NCBI GenBank assembly: GCA_963826115.1
Contig: CAWGVS010000003.1
Span: 1-64,000, forward strand
Direction: 5' to 3'
Length of the DNA stretch: 64,000 nt
Origin: an uncultured Candidatus Rokubacteria bacterium
GTDB lineage: Bacteria; Methylomirabilota; Methylomirabilia; Rokubacteriales; DASRDR01
This document shows, piece after piece, positions 1-10,120 of the stretch (the first letter of the stretch is position 1; each line of letters begins with the position of its first letter). The position numbers and the translations under genes were made by a program. Under the pieces are notes generated by a model. That model saw only the letters and a list, made by a program, of their open reading frames with translations, was not told the origin of the DNA and searched no databases.

Positions 1-63
1 CTCGTGCCCTTCATCGGGATCAAGTTGATCGACATGATCCTCGTCGCCCTCGGCCTTGCCTGA
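1..63 (+). CDS. kdpB: K+-transporting ATPase subunit B, 3' end (partial)
   Basis: Frame 1 reads [20 protein letters not shown], the typical KdpB C-terminus, directly upstream of kdpC. Confidence 0.9.
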   Translation, partial: LVPFIGIKLIDMILVALGLA

Positions 64-82
64 CGAGAGGAGATTGACGACA

Positions 83-655
83 ATGGACCAGCTCAGACCG
101 GCGGTCATGATCCTGCTGCTCCTGACCCTCGTCACCGGCGTGGCCTACCCACTCGTGGTGACCGGCATCGCCCAGGCCATCTTCCCGAGCCAGGCCAACG
201 GGAGCCTGATCCTCCGGGACGGCAAGGTCGTGGGGTCAAGCCTGATCGGCCAGCCGTTCGACGATCCCAAGTACTTCTGGGGGCGCCTGTCGGCCACGGC
301 GCCGTTCGCCTACAACGCCGGCGCGTCCAGCGGATCGAACTACGGACCGCTGAATCCCGCCCTGTCGGCGGCGGCCAAGGGACGGATCGACGCCTTGCGC
401 GAGGCCGATCCCGGGAATGCGGCGCCGGTGCCCGTCGACCTCGCCACGGCGTCGGGCAGCGGGCTGGACCCCCACATCAGCCCCGCGGCGGCTTTCTACC
501 AGGTACGGCGGGTCGCGAAGGCGCGCGGGCTCGAGGAAGCCCGGGTCCGGCGCCTCGTCGAGCAGCACGTCGAGGGGCGCCAGCTCGGCGTCCTGGGCGA
601 GCCCCGTGTCAACGTGCTGCGGCTGAACCTGGCGCTCGACGGCGCCGCGCGCTGA
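83..655 (+). CDS. kdpC: K+-transporting ATPase subunit C
   Basis: Motifs [59 protein letters not shown]; ATG at 83 after AGGAGA. Confidence 0.96.
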   Translation: MDQLRPAVMILLLLTLVTGVAYPLVVTGIAQAIFPSQANGSLILRDGKVVGSSLIGQPFDDPKYFWGRLSATAPFAYNAGASSGSNYGPLNPALSAAAKGRIDALREADPGNAAPVPVDLATASGSGLDPHISPAAAFYQVRRVAKARGLEEARVRRLVEQHVEGRQLGVLGEPRVNVLRLNLALDGAAR

Positions 656-673
656 GCTCGCGGGGAGGCAACC

Positions 674-868
674 ATGACGCTCGAACTGAAGGAAGAGGAG
701 CGGGCCGAGCTCGAGGAGCTCGTCACCGGCCGCATGTCCGACCTGCTGATGGAGATCGCGGGGACCAACAGCGTGGACCTACGCGACGCCCTGACGCGGC
801 GCGCGATCGTCCTCAGGAAGATGCTCGACAGCCTCGGCGAGCCGGAAGGCGGGCCCGGCGCGTCCTGA
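674..868 (+). CDS. small helical hypothetical protein (64 aa)
   Basis: GGAGG RBS, ATG, amphipathic helical sequence, host-like codon use. Confidence 0.65.
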   Translation: MTLELKEEERAELEELVTGRMSDLLMEIAGTNSVDLRDALTRRAIVLRKMLDSLGEPEGGPGAS

Positions 869-884
869 GCACTCGCGAGCCATG

Positions 885-1448
885 GACAGCAGATCGTCCT
901 CGGCGGCCTGGGCACCGGCCTCTACAGCATGGTCCTGGTGGCGCTGATCGCGCTCTTCGTCGCGGGGTTGATGGTCGGCCGGACGCCGGAGTACCTGGGA
1001 AAGCAGCTGACCGTGCCCGAGATGAAGCTCATCGCGCTTTATGCGATCATCGGCCCGTTCTTCGTGCTCGGCCTCACCGCCGTCGCGGTGGTCACCGACG
1101 CCGGCCGCGCCGGGCTGACGGCGAACACCGGTGCCCATGGCCTCAGCGAGATCCTTGCCGCCTACACAAGCTCGATGGCGAACAACGGCCAGAACTTGGC
1201 CGGCCTGAACGCCAACAGCGCCTTCTACAACACCTCGACGGCGCTGGCGATGGTCGCCGGGCGCTTCGAACTGGCAATTCCGGGGCCTGTTCGCGCAGCA
1301 GGGCCGGAAGCCGCTCCGCGGAGGAGTGATCCTGACCGACACGCCGCTGTCTGCCGTCCTGGTGATCGGCGCGGCGCTCGTCGTCGGCGCCCTGAGCGAC
1401 TTCCCGGCGCTCGCCCTGGGCCCCGTCGTCGAGCATCTGCTCCCGTGA
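885..1448 (+). pseudogene. kdpA: kdpA C-terminal relic, 5'-truncated and frameshifted near 1282
   Basis: GGLGTGLYSM..AGLMVGRTPEYLGK..AHGLSEILAAYTSSMANNG..GRF, then in another frame TDTPL..VGALSDFPALALGPVVEHLLP*. Confidence 0.85.
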
Positions 1449-1619
1449 TCGGCGCCAGCTCATGGATCGACCGAGCCGCCACCCTGATCAGGACGTTCCA
1501 GGAAATCCATCGCGCCCGCGGGTCAACGTGATCGCGTCCCGGGTCGCGGAAAGGAGCTCCAGCATGCTAGCCCTCTTCCAACCCGCTCCCCACCTCGCTG
1601 GTGTAGCGCGGGGGGGCCG

Positions 1620-2453
1620 ATGATCCGCCGCGCGCTCGTCGCCATGGACGGGTCCGCGCATGGCATGAGCGCCGCCACACTCGCCCTCGAGTGGGCCAGC
1701 CGCTTCGGCGCCGAGCTGGTCGGCCTCGGCATCCTCGACAAGCCCTCCATCACGAAACCCGAGCCCGTCTCGTTCGGCGGGACGGCCTTCAAGCGCCAGC
1801 GCGACGACATCCGGCTGGCCGACGCGCACCGGCGGGTCCTCGAGCTGCTCGGCGAGTTCCAGCGGCGGTGTGAAGCGGCCGGTGTGCGCTACACGGTGGT
1901 GGAGGACATCGGAGCTCCTCACGAGCAGATCGTCTCCGAGGCGTTCGGCTGCGATGTGGTCGTGCTCGGTCGGGAAACCCATTTCCAGTTCGAAACGCAG
2001 GACCGTCCCGATCCCACCGGCAGCAAGGTGCTCCGGGAGAGCCCGCGCCCGGTGGTGGTCGTCCCCCGCGAGCCGGCGGCCGGCCAGGGCGTGCTGGTCG
2101 CCTACGGGAGCGGCCGGGAGGTCGCCCGCACCCTCCAGACCTTCGCCCTCCTCGGGGTGGCAGCCGACGAACCCGTGCACCTCCTCGGCATCGATCATGA
2201 CCGGGCCCGGGCCGAGGCCCGGCTCGAGCTGGCGGGCCGGTTCCTGGTCGCCCACGGCGTGCCTGCCGTTCCCGAGCCGGTGGTCTCCAGGGAAGCGCCT
2301 GCCGAGATCATCCTCGACCACATCCGTCGCCAGCGACCCCGGCTCGTGGTGATGGGCGCCCATGGACACCACCCCGTCCGCGATCTCTTCCTCACCTCGG
2401 TGACGCGAGCGGTCCTCAAGGAGACCCTCGTGCCCGTGTTTGTCGGCGCATGA
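1620..2453 (+). CDS. universal stress protein (tandem USP domains)
   Basis: ALVAMDGS..., VLVAYGSG..., LVVMGAHGH..SVTRAVL..PVFV. Confidence 0.9.
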   Translation: MIRRALVAMDGSAHGMSAATLALEWASRFGAELVGLGILDKPSITKPEPVSFGGTAFKRQRDDIRLADAHRRVLELLGEFQRRCEAAGVRYTVVEDIGAPHEQIVSEAFGCDVVVLGRETHFQFETQDRPDPTGSKVLRESPRPVVVVPREPAAGQGVLVAYGSGREVARTLQTFALLGVAADEPVHLLGIDHDRARAEARLELAGRFLVAHGVPAVPEPVVSREAPAEIILDHIRRQRPRLVVMGAHGHHPVRDLFLTSVTRAVLKETLVPVFVGA

Positions 2454-2568
2454 GCCGAGGCGGCTCCCCTCGTCTCGCGAGATCTTGCTCCGGCGTCGAC
2501 GCGCTGGTCCGGATGTCCGGGCCCGTCGACTGTCCTCCGGACCCGCTCTCGAGCCGGAGGCGAGTGGC

Positions 2569-3540
2569 ATGCTAGCGATATTCACGAATCCCGCGTACGA
2601 CTTCATCGGAAAGCGGCGCTGGGCCTATGCGGTGTCGATCGTCGTCATGCTGCTCGGGCTCACCTCCATGTTCGTCAAGGGCGGATTGCGGTACGACATC
2701 GACTTCACGGGCGGAACGCTGGTGGAGCTGCGGCTGCCGCAGCCGGTTCCGCTCGGCGACATCCGCTCGCACCTGACTGCGGCCGGATTCCGCGACAGCA
2801 TCATCCAGATCTTCGACGATCCGCGGGACGTCCTGATCCGTACCCAGATCAGCTCGACGAACCCGACGGAGCTCAGTCGGCGGATCGTCAGCGCGCTGGA
2901 TCCGGGCGGAACGAGCGCGCCCGAGATTCGGCGCGTCGAGTTCGTCGGACCGCAGATCGGAGACGAGCTGCGCAAGCAAGCCGTGTACGCCGTACTCGCC
3001 GCTCTCGGCGGGATCCTCCTCTATGTCTGGATGCGCTTCGACTTCAGAGGCGGAGTCGTGACGATCGTCAGCCTGGCGCACGACGTGCTCATCTGCCTGG
3101 GAGCGCTCTCCCTGACGAATCGCGAGTTCTCCCTCACGGTCCTGGCCGCGCTCCTCACGGTGATCGGCTTCTCGGTCAACGACCGGATCGTGATGTACGA
3201 CCGGCTCCGGGAGATCCGATCCCACAATCCGGCCCGGATTCCCTTCGCGCAGCAGGTCAACCTCGCCGTGAACCAGACCCTGTCGCGGACCGTCCTGACC
3301 GTCGCGACGATCGCCATGTCGGCCGGGATGCTGTTCTTCTTCGGTGGCGAGTCTCTCGAAAGCTTCGGCTTCGTCGTTCTGGTGGGCGCGCTGACGGGCA
3401 CCACGTCGACCGTCTACGTGGCGGGGGCCTTGGACGTCGACTGGTCCCGCTGGGCTGACCGCGGCCGCGAGGGTCGGCGCGGAGCCGGAGGCTCCGGGCC
3501 CGGCCGGCGCGATGCGGCCCGCAAGGCCCGAGCTTCCTAG
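2569..3540 (+). CDS. secF: protein translocase subunit SecF (orphan, no secD nearby)
   Basis: YDFIGKRR, IDFTGGT, EFVGPQIGDELR, HDVLI, IGFSVNDRIVMYDRLRE, NQTLSRT; GGAGG RBS. Confidence 0.9.
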   Translation: MLAIFTNPAYDFIGKRRWAYAVSIVVMLLGLTSMFVKGGLRYDIDFTGGTLVELRLPQPVPLGDIRSHLTAAGFRDSIIQIFDDPRDVLIRTQISSTNPTELSRRIVSALDPGGTSAPEIRRVEFVGPQIGDELRKQAVYAVLAALGGILLYVWMRFDFRGGVVTIVSLAHDVLICLGALSLTNREFSLTVLAALLTVIGFSVNDRIVMYDRLREIRSHNPARIPFAQQVNLAVNQTLSRTVLTVATIAMSAGMLFFFGGESLESFGFVVLVGALTGTTSTVYVAGALDVDWSRWADRGREGRRGAGGSGPGRRDAARKARAS

Positions 3541-3563
3541 AGCCCATCGAGAAGCCTCATGGA

Positions 3564-3625
3564 TCTTTGACAGAGCTTGATCGAGTCTTTACGAGTCCGC
3601 CCTCCGGATTGACGCCATTTTGACG
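3564..3625 (+). promoter_or_regulatory. tandem direct repeats, candidate OmpR/PhoB-family (KdpE?) binding sites
   Basis: TTTGA/CTTGA/TTTAC at 10-12 bp spacing, plus TTGACG at 3609 and 3620 (11 bp apart) in an AT-richer intergenic patch. Confidence 0.35.
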
Positions 3626-3733
3626 TGGTTCGCGCTACAAGTTACAGAGCAATCGCGTGGCACCTGCAGCGCGGCCACCGACGAACCGCAAGGATTGGCA
3701 GGCGAACGGCGTCGATTGCAGCGGAGGTGTGTC

Positions 3734-3907
3734 ATGGGCAGGAAGCCGGCCGAGAGGGCAGTGAAGGCTGCACCGCCGAAGGCAGGGAATGGATTCGAGC
3801 CGACCGTGCCGTGCAGTTGCTGCGGGGCTCCGTCCAGGCGTGTCCGCCCGCAGTGGCGGGCATGCGCGAACGGGCACCGGTTCATCAGGAAGAGCGACCA
3901 GGGATGA
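3734..3907 (+). CDS. putative Cys/His zinc-ribbon microprotein (57 aa)
   Basis: GGAGGT RBS at 3723, ATG 3734; CSCCG...CANGH metal-binding pattern. Confidence 0.55.
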   Translation: MGRKPAERAVKAAPPKAGNGFEPTVPCSCCGAPSRRVRPQWRACANGHRFIRKSDQG

Positions 3908-4205
3908 TCGCGCCGGGCAGCCTTGTCCTGCGAGGAGGCCAAGGCTGCCCGGACCCCCGCGCTCGGGCGCGGCCTGGCGTCGGCCGTTTCTCGTCGGCGG
4001 CCGCCAAGAAGTGCGCACCGACGCTGGCCGCCGCTACCGCCTCACGATCTGGGCATTCATGCTCAGGGGCTACCTTGCCCAGCCGCCACCTCGCCAATGA
4101 CCGATTGGTGGTCTCGCATCCGCTGCCACCCTTCCCCGCTCGGAGCGTGATCCGTCCTCGACGGACGGCGGCCGCGATGCCGGGGCGCGGCTCCAATCTG
4201 CTCCG

Positions 4206-5603
4206 ATGAGCAGGTCATCACGGCCCGCGGGACTGGTCTACCACTCGACGCTCGCCGCCGCGGGCCTCGGGCTCGCGCTCCTACTGCCCCGGCTCAGCGA
4301 AGCAGCGGCGGGGCTCGAGCATCCGAAGTTCGGACCCCTCCTGTTCACCATCGCAGGCCTCGTGCTCGCCGCAAAGGTGGGCGGGCTGATCGCCGAGCGG
4401 TTCGGCCAGCCGGCCGTACTGGGGGAGCTCGTGGCGGGCATCTGCCTCGGGAATCTCACATTCGTCATCGCGGGCGCGGACCCCTTCGCGGAGGCGCGAT
4501 CGGATCAGACGCTCGCGTTCCTCGCTCAGGCCGGGGTCCTGATCCTCCTCTTCGACGTCGGCCTGGAAACGAATCTCAAGGCATTGCTCCGCGTGGGCCG
4601 GTCAGCGGTCCTGGTCGCCGTGATCGGCGTGGTGACGCCGATCGTCCTCGGAGGCTTGGCGTCCGCCTGGCTGCTCCCCCACAAGCCCGCGCTCGTCCAC
4701 ATCTTCGTCGGAGCGGCGCTGTCGGCGACGAGCGTGGGTATCACGGCGCGGGTCCTGCAAGACCTCCAAGCGACGCAACGTCCCGAGGGCCAGATCATTC
4801 TCGGCGCCGCCATCCTCGACGACATCCTGGGCCTCGTCGTGCTGGCGGTGGTCGGAGGTATGGCCACCGCCGCCGCCACGGGAGGCTCAGGCGTGTCCCT
4901 GGCGATGATCCTCGGCATCGTCGTACAGGCGACGGTGTTCCTCGTGGCGGCCGCGGCGTTCGGACACTTCCTGTCGGCGCCGCTGGTGAGGTGGGCCGCC
5001 CGAACCGGACGCCCGGACGAGACGCTGCTGGTGTTTGGCCTCGCTCTCTGCTTCTGCTTCGCCTTCCTGTCCGAGCGGATCGGGCTCGCCGACATCATCG
5101 GAGCGTTCGCCGCCGGCGTGTTCATCGATCCCTACGGACGAGGGATCCGCACTCACGACGAAGCGGACACCCTCCGGCGGCTCCTTCATCCGCTCTCGAG
5201 CGTGTTCGTGCCGCTCTTCTTCGTGCTCATGGGCATGCGGGTGAGCCTCGAGGGCCTGCCCTTGAGCTCCGTGCTGCTCCTGGCCGGAGCGCTCGCGCTC
5301 TGCGCCGTCCTGAGCAAGCTCGTGTGCGGGCTCGGCGTTCTCACCCCCGGAACCAGCCGGCTCGCGGTCGGCGTCGGCATGATTCCCCGGGGCGAGGTCG
5401 GCCTCATCTTTGCGGGCGTCGGGACCGGACTGATGCTCGGGGGGGAGCCCGTCCTCTCGCGGAGCGTCTTCACCGCCATCGTGCTCGTCGTCCTGGTCAC
5501 GACGCTCCTGGCGCCGGTGGGCCTGAGACTGGTGTTGGATCCGGCCGCGCCCTCGCACGGCCGCGAAGGGTCGGACGAGCCGGAACGGGCCGCCACGCCA
5601 TGA
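4206..5603 (+). CDS. cation:proton antiporter, CPA2 family
   Basis: GQPAVLGEL, LFDVGLET, ATSVGITARVL, GAAILDDILG, VPLFFVLMG, GMIPRGEVGL; many TM helices. Confidence 0.92.
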   Translation: MSRSSRPAGLVYHSTLAAAGLGLALLLPRLSEAAAGLEHPKFGPLLFTIAGLVLAAKVGGLIAERFGQPAVLGELVAGICLGNLTFVIAGADPFAEARSDQTLAFLAQAGVLILLFDVGLETNLKALLRVGRSAVLVAVIGVVTPIVLGGLASAWLLPHKPALVHIFVGAALSATSVGITARVLQDLQATQRPEGQIILGAAILDDILGLVVLAVVGGMATAAATGGSGVSLAMILGIVVQATVFLVAAAAFGHFLSAPLVRWAARTGRPDETLLVFGLALCFCFAFLSERIGLADIIGAFAAGVFIDPYGRGIRTHDEADTLRRLLHPLSSVFVPLFFVLMGMRVSLEGLPLSSVLLLAGALALCAVLSKLVCGLGVLTPGTSRLAVGVGMIPRGEVGLIFAGVGTGLMLGGEPVLSRSVFTAIVLVVLVTTLLAPVGLRLVLDPAAPSHGREGSDEPERAATP

Positions 5604-5717
5604 CGCCGGCCGCGGCGGACCCCGAACGTCTCCGGTCCGGCGATGCGCCTGCCGCTCCTTGCTGTTCGCAACACGGTCAGAGTAGGTTAGGACGCGGCTG
5701 ACCCGAGGGACCAAGCG

Positions 5718-8411
5718 ATGAGCGAGGACCGACCGGACCCCGACCAGCTGCTGGAGCGAGTGCGCGCCGACGAGGCGCGCCGGTCGCACGGCAAGCTCAA
5801 GATCTTCTTCGGCGCCGCCGCCGGCGTCGGCAAGACCTACGCGATGCTCGAGGCCGCGCGCGCCCAGCAGGCCGCCGGCGTCGACGTCGTGATCGGCTGG
5901 GTCGAGACCCACGGCCGCGTCGAGACGGAGGCGCTTCTCCCCGGACTGGAGCGGATGCCGCCGCGCGCGATGGAGTACCGCGGCACGACCCTCCGCGAGT
6001 TCGATCTCGACGCCGCCCTGGCCCGCCGCCCTGCTCTCATCCTCGTCGACGAGCTTGCGCATACCAATGCGCCCGGTTCGCGTCACGCCAAGCGCTGGCA
6101 GGACGTCACGGAGCTCCTCGCCGCCGGGATCGACGTCTACACGACGCTGAACGTCCAGCACATCGAGAGCTTGAACGACGTCGTCGCGCGCGTTACGGAG
6201 GTGCCGACACGGGAGACCGTCCCCGACTCGATCCTCGAGGAGGCGGCCGAGGTCGAGCTGGTCGACCTGCCTCCGGACGACCTGATCCGCCGCCTGAAGG
6301 ACGGGAAGGTGTACTTTCCCGAGCAGGCCGGCGAGGCTGTACGCCGCTTCTTCCGCAAGGGCAACCTCATTGCGCTCCGGGAGCTGGCGCTCCGGACGAC
6401 GGCGGCGCGCGTCGACGCCCAGATGGAGGTCTATCGGCGCGACCACGCCGTGCCGGGGATCTGGCCCGTCGCCGAGCGGATCCTAGTGTGCGTGAGCCCG
6501 AGCCCTTTCGCCGCGCGCGTCGTCCGGGCGGCCCGGCGGATGGCCACCGGGCTGAGGGCCGAGTGGCTGGTCGCCAACGTGGAGACGCCGGCCACCGTCC
6601 GCCTCTCGAACGCGGACCGCGACCGCGCCGTGCAGACCCTCCGCCTCGCCGAGCAGCTCGGCGCCGAGACCGTCACGCTGACGGGGCACGACGTCGCGGC
6701 GGAGGTTCTCGCGTACGCCCGGCGCCGCAACGTCACCCGTATCGTCCTGGGCAAGCCGACGCGGTCGCGCTGGCGGGAAGTCCTGTTCGGCTCGGTCGTC
6801 AACGAGCTGATCCGGCACAGCGGGGACATCGACGTATACATCATCACCGGCGAGCGCGAGGGGCTCCAGCTGGCCGCGGCCGAGCGCCCCGCGCCACCCG
6901 TCGACTGGGTCGGCTACGCCAGGGCCCTGGCCGTCGTGGCCGCCTGTACCGGGGTGGCGGCGCTCATGTTCCACCACTTCGCGCCCGCCAACCTCATCAT
7001 GGTCTACCTCCTGGGCACCGTGCTGGCGGCGTGGCGCCTCGGGCGAGGGCCCTCCATCCTCGTGTCCGTCCTCAGCGTCGCGGCCTTCGACTTCTTCTTC
7101 GTCACCCCCTACTTAACCTTCGCCGTCTCCGATACCCAGTACGTCGTCACGTTCGCGGTCATGCTCGCGGTGGCGATCGTCATCAGCACGCTCACCACGC
7201 GCATCCGCGCGCACGCCGAGGCCTCGCGCCAGCGCGAGCAGCGGACGGCGTTGCTCTACTCGATGACCCGCGACCTGGTCAGCCAGCAGGGCCTCGACGA
7301 GCTGCTCCGGGCAGCGGTGCGGCACATCGCCGAAGCCTCCGCGAGCCGCGTCGCGGTGTTCCTTCCGGACCCCGACGGCCGGTTGGTCGCCCGAACGGGC
7401 GGGCTGGGCCCGGGAACCGACGAGCCCAGCGAGCGCGCCGTCGCGCAATGGGTGCAGGAGCACGGCCAGATCGCGGGCCGAGGAAGCGCCACGCTGCCGG
7501 GCGCCCGAGCGCTGTATCTCCCACTGACCGCGGCGCGCGGCACGGTCGGGGTGCTCGGCATCGAGCCGCCGTCAGGCGGGACGGCCCCGGTGACGCCGGA
7601 GCAGCTCCACCTTCTCGAGACCTTCGCCGCTCAGACCGCCCTCGCCATCGAGCGCGTGGCGCTGGTGGACGAGGCTCAGCAGGCTCGTCTCCACTCCGAG
7701 ACGGAGCGCCTTCGAAACTCGCTCCTCAGCGCCGTGTCCCACGACCTTCGCACGCCCCTGGCCACCATCACCGGATCGGCCAGCGCCCTCGTGGAGCAGG
7801 GGGCGGAGCTCGATGCGGCCGCGCGGCGCGAGCTCGCGCAGGCGATCCAGGAGGAGGCCGATCGCCTGAACCGCCTCGTGCAGAATCTCCTCGAGATGAC
7901 GCGTCTCGAGTCCGGCGGCATCCGGGTCGGCAAGGACTGGGAACCGCTGGAAGAGGTCGTCGGTAGCGCGCTGGCTCGCGTGGAGAAGCGCCTCGGCGAT
8001 CGCCGCGTCGACATCCACCTGCCACCCGACCTGCCGCTGGTGCCCCTCGATCCCCTGCTCATCGAGCAGGTGCTCATCAACATTCTGGACAACGCCATCA
8101 AGTACACGCCCGAGGGGAGCCCGATCGAGATCTCGGCCACCGCCGGGGACCGCGAGGTGAACGTGGTCGTGGCCGATCGCGGGCCGGGGTTCGCGCCCGG
8201 CGAAGAGGCGCTCGTCTTCGAGAAGTTCTACCGGGGCCACGCGGCCGGGACGCGGAGCGGGGCGGGCCTCGGCCTCGCGATCGCGCGCGGCATCGTGGAG
8301 GCGCACGGGGGGCGGATCAGCGCGGCCAACCGCCCGGAGGGCGGCGCCGTGTTCCGGTTCAGCCTGCCCCTCGCCGCGGATCCTCCGGAGGTCCGGCCCG
8401 ACGATGGCTGA
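5718..8411 (+). CDS. kdpD: sensor histidine kinase KdpD
   Basis: GKLKIFFGAAAGVGKTYAML, LVDELAHTN, USP domain, 4 TM, GAF, SHDLRTPL H-box, GAGLGLAI. Confidence 0.97.
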   Translation: MSEDRPDPDQLLERVRADEARRSHGKLKIFFGAAAGVGKTYAMLEAARAQQAAGVDVVIGWVETHGRVETEALLPGLERMPPRAMEYRGTTLREFDLDAALARRPALILVDELAHTNAPGSRHAKRWQDVTELLAAGIDVYTTLNVQHIESLNDVVARVTEVPTRETVPDSILEEAAEVELVDLPPDDLIRRLKDGKVYFPEQAGEAVRRFFRKGNLIALRELALRTTAARVDAQMEVYRRDHAVPGIWPVAERILVCVSPSPFAARVVRAARRMATGLRAEWLVANVETPATVRLSNADRDRAVQTLRLAEQLGAETVTLTGHDVAAEVLAYARRRNVTRIVLGKPTRSRWREVLFGSVVNELIRHSGDIDVYIITGEREGLQLAAAERPAPPVDWVGYARALAVVAACTGVAALMFHHFAPANLIMVYLLGTVLAAWRLGRGPSILVSVLSVAAFDFFFVTPYLTFAVSDTQYVVTFAVMLAVAIVISTLTTRIRAHAEASRQREQRTALLYSMTRDLVSQQGLDELLRAAVRHIAEASASRVAVFLPDPDGRLVARTGGLGPGTDEPSERAVAQWVQEHGQIAGRGSATLPGARALYLPLTAARGTVGVLGIEPPSGGTAPVTPEQLHLLETFAAQTALAIERVALVDEAQQARLHSETERLRNSLLSAVSHDLRTPLATITGSASALVEQGAELDAAARRELAQAIQEEADRLNRLVQNLLEMTRLESGGIRVGKDWEPLEEVVGSALARVEKRLGDRRVDIHLPPDLPLVPLDPLLIEQVLINILDNAIKYTPEGSPIEISATAGDREVNVVVADRGPGFAPGEEALVFEKFYRGHAAGTRSGAGLGLAIARGIVEAHGGRISAANRPEGGAVFRFSLPLAADPPEVRPDDG

Positions 8412-9141
8412 GCGCGACCCAGCCGGCGAGCCCGCATCGGCGCGTCCGGCCGCGAATGGTCCGGTGGTGCTGGTCATCGAGGACGAGTCGCCCATCCGTC
8501 GCTTCCTCCGTCCCACGCTCGCGAGCCAGGGCTATCGCGTTGTGGAGGCCGAGACCGGCGAGGACGGCCTGCTCCAGGCCGCGACGCGCCAGCCCGATCT
8601 TGTCATCCTCGACCTGGGACTCCCTGATCTGGACGGGCTCCAGGTGATCCGCCGCCTGCGGGAGTGGACGACGGTCCCCATCATCGTGCTCTCGGCCCGC
8701 GGCGCGGAGTCGGACAAGGTGGCGGCCCTCGACGCGGGCGCCGACGACTACGTCGCCAAGCCCTTCGCGGTCGGCGAGCTCCTCGCGCGGGCCCGCGTGG
8801 CGCTCCGCCACGCGGCCCTCGGGCGGGAGCCCGGCGAGTCGACGTTCACGCTCGGGGACCTGCGCGTGGACCTCGGCCGACGGCGGGTCTGGCTTGGCGA
8901 GACGGAGATCCGGCTGACGCCGATCGAGTACAGGCTGCTCGCCGTGCTGGTCCGACACGCCGGGAAGGTGCTGACGCACCGTCAGCTACTGCAGGAGGTC
9001 TGGGGCCCGGGACAAGTGGAGCAGACGCACTACCTTCGTGTGTACATGGCCAACCTCCGCCGGAAGCTGGAGGCGGACCCCGCGCGCCCCCGGCTGCTCC
9101 GCACCGAGCCCGGAGTCGGCTACCGGCTGCTCGCGGAGTGA
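8404..9141 (+). CDS. kdpE: response regulator KdpE
   Basis: REC (LDLGLPDLDG, ALDAGADDYVAKPF) plus winged helix (HYLRVYMANLRRKLEADP, TEPGVGYR); overlaps kdpD end. Confidence 0.95.
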   Translation: MAERDPAGEPASARPAANGPVVLVIEDESPIRRFLRPTLASQGYRVVEAETGEDGLLQAATRQPDLVILDLGLPDLDGLQVIRRLREWTTVPIIVLSARGAESDKVAALDAGADDYVAKPFAVGELLARARVALRHAALGREPGESTFTLGDLRVDLGRRRVWLGETEIRLTPIEYRLLAVLVRHAGKVLTHRQLLQEVWGPGQVEQTHYLRVYMANLRRKLEADPARPRLLRTEPGVGYRLLAE

Positions 9142-9159
9142 CGGTCTCGGTCTCCGCGC

Positions 9160-10092
9160 TCAGCCCAGGCCCCCGAAGGCGGCGGCCCGGGTCTTCAGGA
9201 CCGCGTAGAGGACCTCGTAGGTCGGCGTCGGCACGCCGAGCCGTCGCCCGAACCGGACGACCGCGCCCGTGATGTCTTCCAGCTCGACCCGGCGGCGGCG
9301 CTCGTAGTCGAGCTGCATCGAGGTCCGCATGTCCCCGGGCAAGGTCCGGATCAGCGCGACCGCGGCTTCGACCGTGTCGGCGGGCAGGTCCGCGCCCGCC
9401 GCCCGCCCGACGGCGACGGTCTCGACGATGAGGGCGCGGTAGAGCGCCGCGCTCTCCGGCGTGTCGCGGAGCTGGCCCAGGGTGGCCCCGCTGGCGGTGG
9501 CCAGCGTCGCCCCAGGGGCCAGCCGGACGAACTTCTCCCAGACCGCGCGGCGCACGTCGGCCGTGACGCGGACGTCGACGCCGGCGTCGCGGAGCGCGTC
9601 GGCGATGGCCGCGAGGCGCGGCGTCATCTGGCCCGACGGCTCCCCCAGCTCGATGCGCCGGACCGGATTCGCCTGCACGATGACGCCGGGCTCGGCGATG
9701 GTCGTCACGACGAGCGTCGTCCCGACCAGGACGCGGTCCGCGCCGAGCACGGCAGCCACGCGGTCTCCGCTCTCCACGCCGTTCTGGAGGGTGAGGACCG
9801 ACGTCCCGGGGTCCACCACCGGCCGGAGCGCGCGCGCCGCCGGCTCGGTGTCGTACCCCTTGACCGCGAACAGGATCAGCTCGAACCCGGCGCCGGCCTC
9901 CGCCGGGTCGGCGACCGCGCGGACCGGGCGCAGGATCGTCACACGCTCCCCGCTCCGGATCGTGAGGCCGTGCTCCCGCAGGGCCGCGAGGTGGGCGCCG
10001 CGCGCCACGAACGTGACGGCGTGCCCGCGCTCGGCGAGCGCGGCGCCGTAGAGGCCGCCCACGGCGCCGGCGCCCATCACCAGGACCCGCAC
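9160..10092 (-). CDS. panE: ketopantoate reductase family protein
   Basis: GAGAVGG, AVKGYD, LQNGVE, WEKF, TSMQLD...ELEDITGAVVR. Confidence 0.88.
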   Translation of the reverse strand: MRVLVMGAGAVGGLYGAALAERGHAVTFVARGAHLAALREHGLTIRSGERVTILRPVRAVADPAEAGAGFELILFAVKGYDTEPAARALRPVVDPGTSVLTLQNGVESGDRVAAVLGADRVLVGTTLVVTTIAEPGVIVQANPVRRIELGEPSGQMTPRLAAIADALRDAGVDVRVTADVRRAVWEKFVRLAPGATLATASGATLGQLRDTPESAALYRALIVETVAVGRAAGADLPADTVEAAVALIRTLPGDMRTSMQLDYERRRRVELEDITGAVVRFGRRLGVPTPTYEVLYAVLKTRAAAFGGLG

Positions 10093-10120
10093 GGCTGGTC
10101 GCCCGCCCGCGCGCCGCCGC

